Assembly (NCBI GenBank): GCA_963768425.1 | Contig: CAVYHV010000014.1 | Coordinates: 305,530 to 369,529, forward strand | Length of the DNA: 64,000 nucleotides | Direction: 5' to 3' | From: Candidatus Bathyarchaeota archaeon | GTDB taxonomy: Archaea > Thermoproteota > Bathyarchaeia > Bathyarchaeales > Bathycorpusculaceae | Part shown: piece after piece, positions 29,880 through 40,352 of the stretch | How the letters are laid out: each line of letters begins with the position of its first letter | Position numbering within the stretch: the stretch's first letter is position 1 | Program-made: the position numbers and the translations under genes | The notes under the pieces: generated by a model | Databases searched by the model: none | The model's input: only the letters and a program-made list of their open reading frames with translations | What the model was told of the DNA's origin: nothing

Positions 29880-30795
29880 TGAGGAACATCACCTTTTTTC
29901 TGAATTCTTCCTCTTTTTGCTTCATTGTAATTACACTCTCTGAGATTGTACTCATTTTCTTCCCTAATGAATCTTCGACTTTGGAAACATCTAATGAAGT
30001 GTTTTGGGGTCGACGTGCGACTAAAGAGAATCTCTTCTCAAACTCACAAAGGCTAGTTACTTTAATAAGATCTGTTTTCAGATTAAATATTCCTGCAACG
30101 ACAAGGGAAAAACGATACTTTGTCATCGAATCAGCGCTCGCCACGTTAAAGATGCCCGTACTTTCACTCTGAAGAAGCTCGATTAGAATGTTAGCCAAAT
30201 CATTGGTAAACATCAACGAACTAATCTGATCTGTCGCGAAAAAGTTTTCATTCCTTTTAGCGCGATCAATAATTAAGGACGAGAGACTTGGTTTAAGAGG
30301 ATTTGGATTCCATCCATGCAAACTCGTTCGAATGCTAAGGAAATTATCGTAGTTTTTGGCGATTATTTCCTCTCCTTGGAATTTAGTTTTGGCATAGACA
30401 GACATCGGGTTTGGTTTATCGGTTTCTGAATAATTCCCTTTTTTTCCATCGAAAATGTAGTCAGTACAAACATAAACCAATTTGGCTCTGCATTTTTTGG
30501 CAACCTTAAGCATATTTTTTGTTCCAGTAACATTTACATCATAGGCTAATTCAGGGTTTTTCTCACACAATTCTAGATCTGTCAATGCTGCGGCATGAAT
30601 TATTATGTCTGGTTGCGCTTTTTCCATTTTGTTAAGTGAGTCTTTTACTATATCCATCTTTAAGGATTTGAAATTTTCATTTTCAATTCTTATACCGCTA
30701 TTATGGTAACAACAAAACACTGTATGCTTCTTTATGAACTCTAGGCAGAGAGCGCTTCCTAAAAGTCCGTTACCGCCAGTTACCAAAACATTCAT
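29869..30795 (-). CDS. RmlD/FnlB-like NDP-4-keto-6-deoxysugar reductase
   Basis: VTGGNGLLG, HAAALTD, CTDYIFDG and YAKTK motifs. Confidence 0.82.
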   Translation of the reverse strand: MNVLVTGGNGLLGSALCLEFIKKHTVFCCYHNSGIRIENENFKSLKMDIVKDSLNKMEKAQPDIIIHAAALTDLELCEKNPELAYDVNVTGTKNMLKVAKKCRAKLVYVCTDYIFDGKKGNYSETDKPNPMSVYAKTKFQGEEIIAKNYDNFLSIRTSLHGWNPNPLKPSLSSLIIDRAKRNENFFATDQISSLMFTNDLANILIELLQSESTGIFNVASADSMTKYRFSLVVAGIFNLKTDLIKVTSLCEFEKRFSLVARRPQNTSLDVSKVEDSLGKKMSTISESVITMKQKEEEFRKKVMFLNAN

Positions 30796-31790
30796 TGAAC
30801 CCATCCTTCTGCAGAAAGCAAAGAAATAATTCCTTCTTCGTCAAGCATTGTAGTATTATTTGATGTATACTCGGGTATATTTCTTATAAGCTTAGGACGC
30901 GTCAAATTCTCATGCGGGCATACGATGTAATGAGTCTCCGTTTCAATTGCTCTACGCATTTCCTCCTCAGAAACCAACACCTCGTGAATTTTTTCACCGG
31001 GCCTAATACCGACCTTTTTTATTGGGTAATCTTCTCTTCCAGTGATTGCCTTAGCCATAGCCCTTGCCAAATCAACTATTTTGCACGCGGGCATTTTCTT
31101 AACAAAAAGTTGTCCACTCGTACCTTCAAGAGTGGCATTGAAAACAAGATCAATTGCCTCATCTAATGTCAACAGAAATCGGGTCATCTCAAAACTGGTT
31201 ACAGGCAGATAGTGGTTGGCTTTTATTTTTTCTTTGAATAATGGAATGACACTGCCTCTGCTTCCGATTACGTTTCCGTACCTTACGCAGAGAAATCTTG
31301 TGTTCCATTTTTTCGTTGCGGAATTGTTCAGATTCAACATTATTTTTTCTTGAATTGCTTTGGTCATACCCATAACGTTTATGGGCTTGACTGCCTTGTC
31401 TGTGCTAATTGCCACAAGAACTTCAACATCGTTTTCTATCGCGGCTTTTCGTACATTTTCTGCGCCCAAAATATTTGTTTTAACAGCTTCCATTGGATGG
31501 AACTCGCAGTTTGGCACTTGCTTTAAGGCTGCTGCATGGTATACGATGTCTATCCCTTTCATCACTTCGTACACTCTATCGTAATCTCTTATATCGCCAA
31601 TTACGAATTCCAAAAGATCATTGTTTTGGAATTCGTCCTGCATGTCACACTGCTTCTTTTCATCTCTACTAAAAATTACGATTTTGTTTGGATTCAGCTC
31701 TAGTAGCCTTGAAACAATTTTATGTCCAAAACTACCCGTTCCTCCAGTTACAAGGATGTTTTTATGGTCTAAATTCTTTGGTTCTTTCAT
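30792..31790 (-). CDS. FnlA/CapE/WbjB-type UDP-sugar 4,6-dehydratase
   Basis: VTGGTGSFG, SRDEKKQ, HAAALKQVPNCE, STDKAVKPINVMGMTKA, RYGNVIGSRGSVIP and GIRPGEKIHE motifs. Confidence 0.88.
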   Translation of the reverse strand: MKEPKNLDHKNILVTGGTGSFGHKIVSRLLELNPNKIVIFSRDEKKQCDMQDEFQNNDLLEFVIGDIRDYDRVYEVMKGIDIVYHAAALKQVPNCEFHPMEAVKTNILGAENVRKAAIENDVEVLVAISTDKAVKPINVMGMTKAIQEKIMLNLNNSATKKWNTRFLCVRYGNVIGSRGSVIPLFKEKIKANHYLPVTSFEMTRFLLTLDEAIDLVFNATLEGTSGQLFVKKMPACKIVDLARAMAKAITGREDYPIKKVGIRPGEKIHEVLVSEEEMRRAIETETHYIVCPHENLTRPKLIRNIPEYTSNNTTMLDEEGIISLLSAEGWVQ

Positions 31791-33088
31791 GTTTTATTAA
31801 CTCCAGGTTTAGATATATTAAGAATGCAAACTTTTCTCACTTTGTTTAACGTCTCTTTGGCCATTATGTCCCAATCCCATTGCTTGGCGAAATTCATCGC
31901 TTCTTGGCTGAGGCTATTGTACAAAGTTTCGTCTTCCAATAATTTAAGAAGCTGATTGGCGAAGAATTTCAAATCATAACAAGGGATTTTAAGCATACCT
32001 TTTGGATAATAAACTTTTAGACTCTCCAAGTCGAACGAAACGCCAGGTAACCCACATACCATTGCTTCGCAAGCAGCCATACCTCCACTATCCATTATGG
32101 ATGGGTGAACCACAACTTTGCTATCTTTTATTATTCTAAATTTTTCTACTCCATCTATGAATCCGAATGTCTTAACATTACCAGCTAAACCATATTGCTT
32201 TATTTTATTTTGAACTTGGATACTTAATGGACCCGAGCCGAGTATAGCTAACTTAGCGTCTTTTTTCTTTTCACAGACATATTTCCAAATATCAATAAGC
32301 TCTAAGACTCCTTTCTCGGGAACTAAACGTCCAATGAAGATCGCATCGAACTTCTTTTCTCTCGATTCAGGAATTGACAATGGTGTTTTCGTATCCACCC
32401 CACCGTAAATAGCGACAACATTGTCGATAGTGAGTCTTCTGCCATCTATGAATCGCCATCTGTCCAATTCATTCGTGACCCAAATCATATCAGCATATTT
32501 TTGCATAAGCCAACAAATAGGCTTTTGAGATAAGTAGTAGAGGAACCCCTTGAACTTGCGCGATCCCTTATAAGAAGACGCGGCGCTAAAAGGATTCGGA
32601 ACAAAAAGAAAACATGAGGCAATCCATTTTGCGTTTTTATTTTTCATTTTTATTAACCAAGCAGGTATTGAATCAGGCCAAAAATCTGAGGGAGAAAATA
32701 ATATATCTAACTTTGACAAACCACGAGTTTGTATTGCTGCCGCGACCCCTTTACTTAACGAAATGGTTGTATGGAGTAAAAGTGTAGCCAAGTTATACTT
32801 GGCAAAGACAGGGGTGCTGAGCACATTGTATTGAACGTTTCTTTTTGGTAGAAGATACCTTTGATACATTTGTTGTCCACTTGTAGTGGTCATGATTACA
32901 ATTACGTTGCCAGATTCTGCCCATCGTTTTAAACTCTCTATGGCTATCCGATCACCACCACTTAATCCAACTTGCGACAAACCACCACCAGCCACATTTG
33001 CGGTTACGATGAAGCGCATCGGTGCGTTCTCACATTCTGAAATATTGGCACACATAAATTCAATCGCACCATTTAGAAGCTTTTCCAA
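31787..33088 (-). CDS. Glycosyltransferase family 4
   Basis: SGGDRI, FIGRLVPEKG and DSGGMAACEAMVCGLP motifs. Confidence 0.85.
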   Translation of the reverse strand: MEKLLNGAIEFMCANISECENAPMRFIVTANVAGGGLSQVGLSGGDRIAIESLKRWAESGNVIVIMTTTSGQQMYQRYLLPKRNVQYNVLSTPVFAKYNLATLLLHTTISLSKGVAAAIQTRGLSKLDILFSPSDFWPDSIPAWLIKMKNKNAKWIASCFLFVPNPFSAASSYKGSRKFKGFLYYLSQKPICWLMQKYADMIWVTNELDRWRFIDGRRLTIDNVVAIYGGVDTKTPLSIPESREKKFDAIFIGRLVPEKGVLELIDIWKYVCEKKKDAKLAILGSGPLSIQVQNKIKQYGLAGNVKTFGFIDGVEKFRIIKDSKVVVHPSIMDSGGMAACEAMVCGLPGVSFDLESLKVYYPKGMLKIPCYDLKFFANQLLKLLEDETLYNSLSQEAMNFAKQWDWDIMAKETLNKVRKVCILNISKPGVNKT

Positions 33089-33187
33089 CGAGGCTCTGTT
33101 TCCAACCTAATTCAGACGCGTTTCCAATCATTGTCTACCAACTTTTTATTTCCCACTCTTTATTAATTTGTTGAAAATATGGTAAAA

Positions 33188-34055
33188 TTACTTCGTATTT
33201 TGAAGATATGACATGGCGACTCTGAGTCTCAAACAATACATGGCGATCATGAGTACTGGGTGCCTTATCAGCTTTTTCCATTTTCCATTTTCAACAAAAA
33301 CACCAATCAGACGGTACCTGACACCTGCCTGCTTCATTGTTTCCGGATCAGTATGACCCCATTTTCTGACGTATTTTTGAATTCCATCAGTATAGTAACC
33401 TTTCTTTTTCAGATACCGCGCCATGTTGAATCGACCTTCATTGTGATAAAGATACGAACTAACGATGCCAGTCTGACCGATTTTCCTTATTTTTCTGTCG
33501 AAGTCCCAATCTTCGGGACCAACAAGCGTTTCATCAAATCCTCCAACTTGAAGAAACAGATCTCTTCGAACGAATCTTACTGCATCTATAACTGTACCAG
33601 TATAGAAGCTTCGCTCAAAATCTCTAACTTTTATCCAGAAGCCCTCTCCAACAATTCTTTCAGGAACATAAAGAGCATCAACGTTGATCACATTCACATT
33701 TTTCCACACATTCTGCTATCAAGTTTGGGCTCAAAATCATATCAGCATCCAGATAAAGCAGGTATTTGCCGCTGGCAACTTTGGCGCCATAATTTCTTTG
33801 TGCAGACCGTTCATTTCCCTTAAAGTAAACTTTTGCAGTGTATTTTTTTGCAAATTCAGCAGTTTTGTCTTCTGAGAAATTATCAACTACAATTAATTCA
33901 ATGTTCTTGAAAGTTTGACTTCTTATTGATCGCAGACAATTTTCGATGTTTTTCTCTTCATTTTTTGTAGTTATAACTACAGAGACCAACGGAACATTTT
34001 TTGTTTCTGCAGAGTAAATGGTGGACACCTGTGTAAGATTACTTGTCTTTTCCAA
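33188..34055 (-). CDS. Glycosyltransferase family 2 (one apparent frameshift)
   Basis: VSVVITTKNEE, VVDNFSED, YLDAD and GGFDETLVGPEDWD motifs. Confidence 0.85.
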
Positions 34056-35512
34056 AGTCCTTTACGTGCCCCAAGACTTTTGCTGCGCCCTTAACCGAGT
34101 ACTTAACATCTTTTAATGATCGTATTCGAACAAGCTGTTTAAGCATGTATTGTGGTGTTAAGAATACTTTGTATATTTCGTCGCAGAGCTTCATTACTTC
34201 TTCAGGCGTCATATCAGGCGTGGTCATGACAGGTTCTTTCATGTCGAAACGTTCATAATCCTTAGGGTCAACTCGGAACCAGCCATTCTTCAATGCTTCA
34301 GCATACAATTTACTTCCCGGATAAGGAATAACAACGGTAGACTGCAGGGTAACAGCCCAGCCTTTCTGCATCATCGTTTTGGCAACATTCAAAGTACTTA
34401 ATGCGTCTTGGCGTGTTTCCCATGGATAACCCACCATAATCGTTATGTGTGGTTCTAATCCTTCTTCTCGGGGTATTCTGCACTCATTCATGATATCGTC
34501 GATTTTTGTTCCTTTGTTAAGTCTGTCAAGTGTAGCTTGGCTTCCAGATTCCACACCGAAAAGAAGCATTCGGAAACCCGCCTTCTTCATTAACCGATAA
34601 TCATCCCGCGTTAATGCTCCAAACCGCATGTTGCAGCTAAACTGGACTTTTTTGTTATATCCTCGCTCAATCATCAGGTTGGCGAAGCGTCTAAGCCATT
34701 CTCCCGCTGGAAAACAGCCAGTGTCATCAAACACTGACTTAACGCCGTAATTTTCAATTAACAATCCAATCTCGTCTGCTAACCGTTCAGGCTTCATTGC
34801 TCGGAAAGTAGGATACAAAGTAGGCCATGAGCAGAAGGTGCAACCGCCGTCTTTTCTCCACCAACAGTCGCGACCTGCCATAGTGTAGGCGCCTGGAGTA
34901 ACCTTGAAGTTGCCGTTTCGTTCGTTGTAAAGCTGCCATTTTGATAAATCGCGATTAATATGTGGCAAATCATCCAAACTATGATTTAACTTGAACTGCC
35001 CAGTGTTTTTTATGTTTCCGTTTTCTCGATACCAAACCCCAGACTCAAGCTCTTTTGCTTTGCCATCTAAGAAAATTAACCAAGTTTAGTAACAGAAAGT
35101 CATAGTCGCCACCTGTCAGAACAAAATCAACCTTGCTCTGCTCCATCGATTCCTGAGGTAATGCAGTAACATGATCGCCAACCAAAACAACCTTTGAATT
35201 AGGAAGAACTTTTTTCACATCACCAATAATGGACCAATGCTTCTTTACCACGGGAGTTTTAGTCTCAATCATGATAACATCAGGATTGCTTTGCTCCAAA
35301 TCGCTTAGCCATTGGCTGTAAGTTTTCTCCTCTGCAATCCCGTCATCCCAAACCACATCATAACCCGCGTTCGCCAACAAAGTTGCAGCATAAGCTGGAA
35401 CAACAGGGTAAATGTACGTTGGCGATTGAAAATACTGGAATTGCCTGTTTTGCGATAGAAGTGGAACGCCTTTCTCTGAAATGATTGGCGGATAGGAGAT
35501 GCTGATTTTCAT
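34039..35512 (-). CDS. Cobalamin-binding radical SAM protein (HpnJ-like; one apparent frameshift near 35050)
   Basis: N-terminal B12-binding-type domain (VLVGDHVTALP, GGDYD); GRDCWWRKDGGCTFC, FDD, GVESGSQ, MVGYPWE and IPYPGS motifs. Confidence 0.82.
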
Positions 35513-35527
35513 CTTTTTAGATCACGC

Positions 35528-36466
35528 TTAATTAAGCCCGATAGGAAGAAAGAGCCGTAGATGATATGTGTTACTATTATGCCTAGCCAAACTGAGAAAA
35601 GCAACTTTACATTTCTGAACTTGCAGTGCAGCTGCAATTAAGCTTGAAACAAGATACATTGCTACACCAAAGAGCACAATATAGGCAAAGAATGAGAAGA
35701 ATAAAGACAATACTATACCTGCAATAAGGGAAAATACAAGTAGAGAAGGAAAGAAATACGTGAGTTTCGCGGAGTTTTCAGGAAACTTTTTGGCAAAGAA
35801 TCCTCTGTGTTCCCCAAATCTTGAAACTTGCTTGAGATGTGGTTTAAAAAGTGAACGTCGATGATGATAAACAACCACATCGGATGATTCAATGAGTTTT
35901 TTGCCAAGTTTCTTAATTGCCAAGCACATGAGTGTGTCTTCGCCTGGCCAGTATTTCTCATTCCAACCCCCAGCCGCTTCGATTACCGTTTTTCGGGCAA
36001 TAAAATTGCATGAGTGGATGTCATCTGACTCAAAACAGCTTTTGGTTTTATATCGGCTTGATAAGTTACCAACCATAAATGAGGACAAGACATAGCCTCC
36101 AGCTTTTTGCATGAAACCGTCTGCTTCCGGCGTTAATCCAGGTCCTCCGACGCCTCCAACTTCGGGGTCTTCAAAATATTTCAAAGCATTGGTCAACCAG
36201 TCACTTCGAGGATAAGCGTCATTATCGATGAAAGCACAGAACTCGCCATTTGAGCTTTTGACGCCAATGTTACGTTTGACTCCAGGAGCTACTGGTCCAG
36301 TGGTTATAACTTTGACTCCATCAATCGCTTCGGTAGAATAGTCAGGTAACAATATTATCTCAAAATTTGGATAATCCAAGTGTTTACAGTATTCAATGCA
36401 CTCTCTTGTATAGTTGTCCACGTCTTTACAAGGTATAATAATTGAAACAAGCGGTTTTGAAGACAT
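35528..36466 (-). CDS. Glycosyltransferase family 2 with C-terminal TMs (3' end probably frameshifted)
   Basis: VSIIIPCK, AFIDNDAYP, GGWNEKYWPGED and VVYHHRR motifs. Confidence 0.85.
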   Translation of the reverse strand: MSSKPLVSIIIPCKDVDNYTRECIEYCKHLDYPNFEIILLPDYSTEAIDGVKVITTGPVAPGVKRNIGVKSSNGEFCAFIDNDAYPRSDWLTNALKYFEDPEVGGVGGPGLTPEADGFMQKAGGYVLSSFMVGNLSSRYKTKSCFESDDIHSCNFIARKTVIEAAGGWNEKYWPGEDTLMCLAIKKLGKKLIESSDVVVYHHRRSLFKPHLKQVSRFGEHRGFFAKKFPENSAKLTYFFPSLLVFSLIAGIVLSLFFSFFAYIVLFGVAMYLVSSLIAAALQVQKCKVAFLSLARHNSNTYHLRLFLPIGLN

Positions 36467-37239
36467 TAATGTTCACGAAGAACAAGTGAAACCATGTTTT
36501 GAAAACCATTTTTCTCGGGAAGCTGGCGCTGATACCAATGGATGACCCGAAGCCTGTACGCTATTCCAAGCAAATCAATAAACATGTGCCCCATCTCTTT
36601 CGGCTTAAATTTAGCATCCAACTTGATGTTTACAGGCATCTCCACAACTTTCAAGCCATAAAGATTCGCGACAGCCAGCAACTCAACGTCAAAAGCATAA
36701 CGTTTCACAGCCAATCTGGGGAAAACATCGATAAATGCACTTTTCCTCATTGCTTTAAGCCCAGACTGGGTATCTTTAAGAGGCACCCCAGTAAGAAAAC
36801 GAACTAAGCCATTGAAGACTTCGCTCAAAATTCTTCGAGACACGGGCACTTCCACTTGTGAATCACTATGCTTTTTAGAAGCTATAACAATGTCACCGTA
36901 CTTCAGAGCATCAAGATATTTCGAAATAGTTCTCAAGTCGATTTCCATGTCGCCATCAGCAAAAATCACGACGTTCCCGTTGGTTTGCATAAAACCAGTC
37001 TTCACAGCATGCCCTTTACCCACGTTCTCGCTGTAACTTACCACTTTGACATGACCGTTTCTCCCAGCGTATCTCCTTGCTTTTGCCAAAGTGTCATCTC
37101 TGCTGCCGTCATCAACTACCACAATTTCATATGGCAAATTCTTGTCCTTGATAACTGCATCTATTGTTCCGAGCGTGTCCTCAATGAAGTCTTCCTCATT
37201 GTATGCTGGAATAACAAAAGATAATTCTACTTGCTCCAT
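36466..37239 (-). CDS. Dolichyl-phosphate hexose synthase-like GT2
   Basis: VIPAYNEE, VVDDGSRD, NVGKGHAV, FADGD, DTQSGLK and FDVELL motifs. Confidence 0.88.
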   Translation of the reverse strand: MEQVELSFVIPAYNEEDFIEDTLGTIDAVIKDKNLPYEIVVVDDGSRDDTLAKARRYAGRNGHVKVVSYSENVGKGHAVKTGFMQTNGNVVIFADGDMEIDLRTISKYLDALKYGDIVIASKKHSDSQVEVPVSRRILSEVFNGLVRFLTGVPLKDTQSGLKAMRKSAFIDVFPRLAVKRYAFDVELLAVANLYGLKVVEMPVNIKLDAKFKPKEMGHMFIDLLGIAYRLRVIHWYQRQLPEKNGFQNMVSLVLREH

Positions 37240-37502
37240 TAAACAGCCACCTCATCATTGTTTTTTCCGCGATATTTCAGAAAGCTGGCAAGTTGAAGAA
37301 AAACTCCAGCGACCAAGGCATAATACGCGTAAACGGCTACATTGTCAGCTAAGGAAGACAAGCCTGCAGACAAAGAAACAGCGGCAACAATCAAAAGAAA
37401 CATGAACCCTACTATAAAGGGAGAGCCCCAATTCTCCTTAACGTATCCTTTGACTTTAATCATAATCTTATTGAAGCCGATTTGTGTCATATTGCAGAGC
37501 AC
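37239..37502 (-). CDS. Small two-TM membrane protein
   Basis: ENWGSPFIVGFM...AVYAYYALVAGVFLQL; stop overlaps the next gene start. Confidence 0.65.
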   Translation of the reverse strand: MLCNMTQIGFNKIMIKVKGYVKENWGSPFIVGFMFLLIVAAVSLSAGLSSLADNVAVYAYYALVAGVFLQLASFLKYRGKNNDEVAV

Positions 37503-37682
37503 ACTGTTCTTATGTCTTAAGAGCGAAGCTCAGAATTTAACGTTTGCCATAATCTCGGAACACACAATAAAAGTTCCAAACTTTAGACGACAAATGATTA
37601 GACGCTTGCAATTTTGAATTATCGTTTGAATATTTTAACATTATTAATATGCATCACAGCCAAGAAGATTGCGAACGAAGAA

Positions 37683-37961
37683 TCAAATGCCCAACTCGCC
37701 AGCAGAAATATTTCCTAACTTCTGAGCTGTGAAACTGATTTTTTGAGCCAAAGGCAAACCAATTCTCCTCAAACGACTTGAAAAGCTGCTTTTCATAGCA
37801 TCTTCCAGCTTCCTTGTGAGCACAGCGATGCTTTTTGCTAACTTTGCACTTCGGATGTTATCTACAACTCTTATTGTTAAATCAAAGAGTACTCTGTCTA
37901 TTCTTTGCAATGCTTTGAACCATGCGCCAGAACGCATAGCTTTAGTTTTCAGATTCACCAA
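37683..37961 (-). CDS. Hypothetical basic protein (ends probably frameshifted)
   Basis: KAMRSGAWFKALQRIDRVLFDLTI...AQKLGN; co-oriented with the operon. Confidence 0.55.
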   Translation of the reverse strand: MVNLKTKAMRSGAWFKALQRIDRVLFDLTIRVVDNIRSAKLAKSIAVLTRKLEDAMKSSFSSRLRRIGLPLAQKISFTAQKLGNISAGELGI

Positions 37962-38054
37962 TTGTTTTTTATTAAGGAAGCGGAAACCATCGCTATTAAG
38001 TACATACTTTAGACATTATGTTTTCATTCTCGCCCTGTTTTTATCAACATCTGT

Positions 38055-39712
38055 TTAATGATATTTATGAATTGTGCATTTAAGTGAAAATTGTGATATT
38101 TCAAAATTAAGATGAACGATGTTTTTATGAAAAAAATTGTTAATATCGATCGTGAAGAATTTGGAGTCATCATGTTTCAATCTTACATTAGTTAATTTGA
38201 AGTATAGCTGTAGATGGCGATTTTTCCACTGCTGGTAGACTTCGTGAAATGACGAGGGCAAAGTTGGTAGGTCATACCATCCTTGTCCATTTACCCACCA
38301 TATTAGGTATATTTGCGTATGCCCTTCTTGAGCAGCCGTTATTGCCGCATTGACGGGGTCGTCAAATCCGTAGTTCATAACCTGATTACTATTGAGCGTT
38401 AACAATGCCCAACCATAAAACACTGTATGCGTAAGCAAAAGTGCGTTGCTATTCAAGTTATCTTTGAACCATTGCAGAGCGTTGACCGTGTCATGACAGT
38501 CGGTTATCGGTATCGTATTCTGCAACATCGAGGTTGGAATTTGATATGAGTAATTGTTGAAATGTTCTGGATTAAAGTAAAAGAAAGGCTTTTCCGAATT
38601 CATAAATATAAAACCAAAGCTTAGAATAGCCGTTGATAAAACAAGGTATAATATCGCAATTCTGTGCACGGTTAATTTGAAACGTTTCCATTTGATTGAT
38701 TTGAGCCTGCTTAGAGCATCCGTCGCATAAAATGCGAGCGGATACGTAAGCAGTAATACCCAGCGATAAGGGCTTACAGAAGAAGTGGGGATAAACAGCA
38801 AAATAAAACTCAAGAGAAGCCAAGACCTGAGTTGAAGATTCCCAAATCGCCAAAGACCCACAACCACCAAGGGCAGCAGAGGCAAGAAACAATACAAGAA
38901 GAAACCCCCTTCACTTATCAACATAGATTGATAGGAAGCAAAACCAGTCCAAGTGGCCAAAGGTGATGCATTTGTTGAGTAACCAAGAACGCCAGACTGC
39001 GCCACACCACTTAAATAAACGATGACAAAATAAACCGCCGCAGGCAAAGAAACAACAACCAGATCAATTGACCACTTAAAATCTTTATGGAACAAGCTAT
39101 AGGCAACTGTACCAATGATAGCCCCAAACATAAGTACCGCTACAAGCTGATGAGATAACACGACTGCCATAATCGCTAAAGAAAGAACAACATAACTTTT
39201 CCAAGAACTATCCTTTCGGTTGATAAGCACATAAGCATGTAAGGACAACAAAAAAGAAAACTAAACCAAGCTCTTCTCGAAGTTGATCCCAAGAGGCTCT
39301 TAAAGCCACAAAATAAACTGTTCCTAAAACAGCAACAAACGTGCTCTTGAGAAGGACCAGCTCAAGCCTCTCTTAGCAAAAAAATATATTGATAACCCCA
39401 AGAAACCGAGAAGCAACGGCGAAATTATCTTAATCAAAAAACCGGCGATCCACCAGCACTAACTAATGTCATATAGATCGCGTAGAATAGTGGGGCTATC
39501 TGAAAGGAAAGCCCATAAGTTTACGCCATTATGTAGCCATAACAAGTGTATTTGGAACATAAAATGCCATGAGTATCGAAACCAAGCATGTATGGGCCCA
39601 TTAAGATCTCAGGTATAGTCCTCACGATTAAGGGTACGATAAATGCTAAAAGCGCGAAGATCATGGGATGATTACCAGTCCAACGTTTTATGGGATTAGT
39701 AATCCAAGTCAC
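38055..39712 (-). CDS. Polytopic membrane protein, probable GT-C fold (several apparent frameshifts)
   Basis: VRTIPEILMGPYMLGFDT at the N-terminus, many TMs, soluble C-terminal domain; pieces 39521-39712 and 38055-39251. Confidence 0.6.
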
Positions 39713-39745
39713 CTTTTAATTCTCCAAGCACGCCAAAATGTGGAT

Positions 39746-39913
39746 TTACTTTATTAAACTTTGGTTCAAACCTAAAATGTTTTGTGCTTTGCGAATGCTT
39801 TGGGGGTGTTTGCGTCTGCTCTTTATGGCGGTGTATATGATTGAGCCGTTATACAGCGTCCAGAAAAGCAGAAAGACCAGCAGAACAATGGAGATAATAT
39901 CGACTATTATCAT
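39746..39913 (-). CDS. 55-aa single-TM ORF, possibly a truncated N-terminus of a membrane GT2
   Basis: Manual translation MIIVDIISIVLLVFLLFWTLYNGSIIYTAIKSRRKH...IK*. Confidence 0.4.
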   Translation of the reverse strand: MIIVDIISIVLLVFLLFWTLYNGSIIYTAIKSRRKHPQSIRKAQNILGLNQSLIK

Positions 39914-40352
39914 TTTGAAGCCGGTCCCATTAAAGATTTAACATAAGTTAAAACTGTAAATTCAAGCACCATGCAATCTTCATTCTTAAGGCTCTGAAAT
40001 AATGTTGAGAGGCAAGTCCCCAACTTCATTAGTCATGTTTTTCGCGAGACCAACTTGCATTTCTTGTTTACAGCCCATTATTGATTTTAGTACTTTTAAG
40101 TCTTGTTTATGGATACTCACTTTTCAAGCTATAACCACATGTTTTAGAACGCCAAAATAAGAAATTATTTTAAGAAACCAAACATCAAGGAGGAAAGAAA
40201 ATGATCGCTTGAAAACAATTCAGTAGCGAATATTATTTGAACTATAGTCTTAAATGAGCCTTCAGCCTACAATGTATTTATTGGTCTCAGTATAGTATGA
40301 GTATGCTCTATGAGATTGAATCGTCCAACATTACAAAGGAAGGTCTTCCAAA

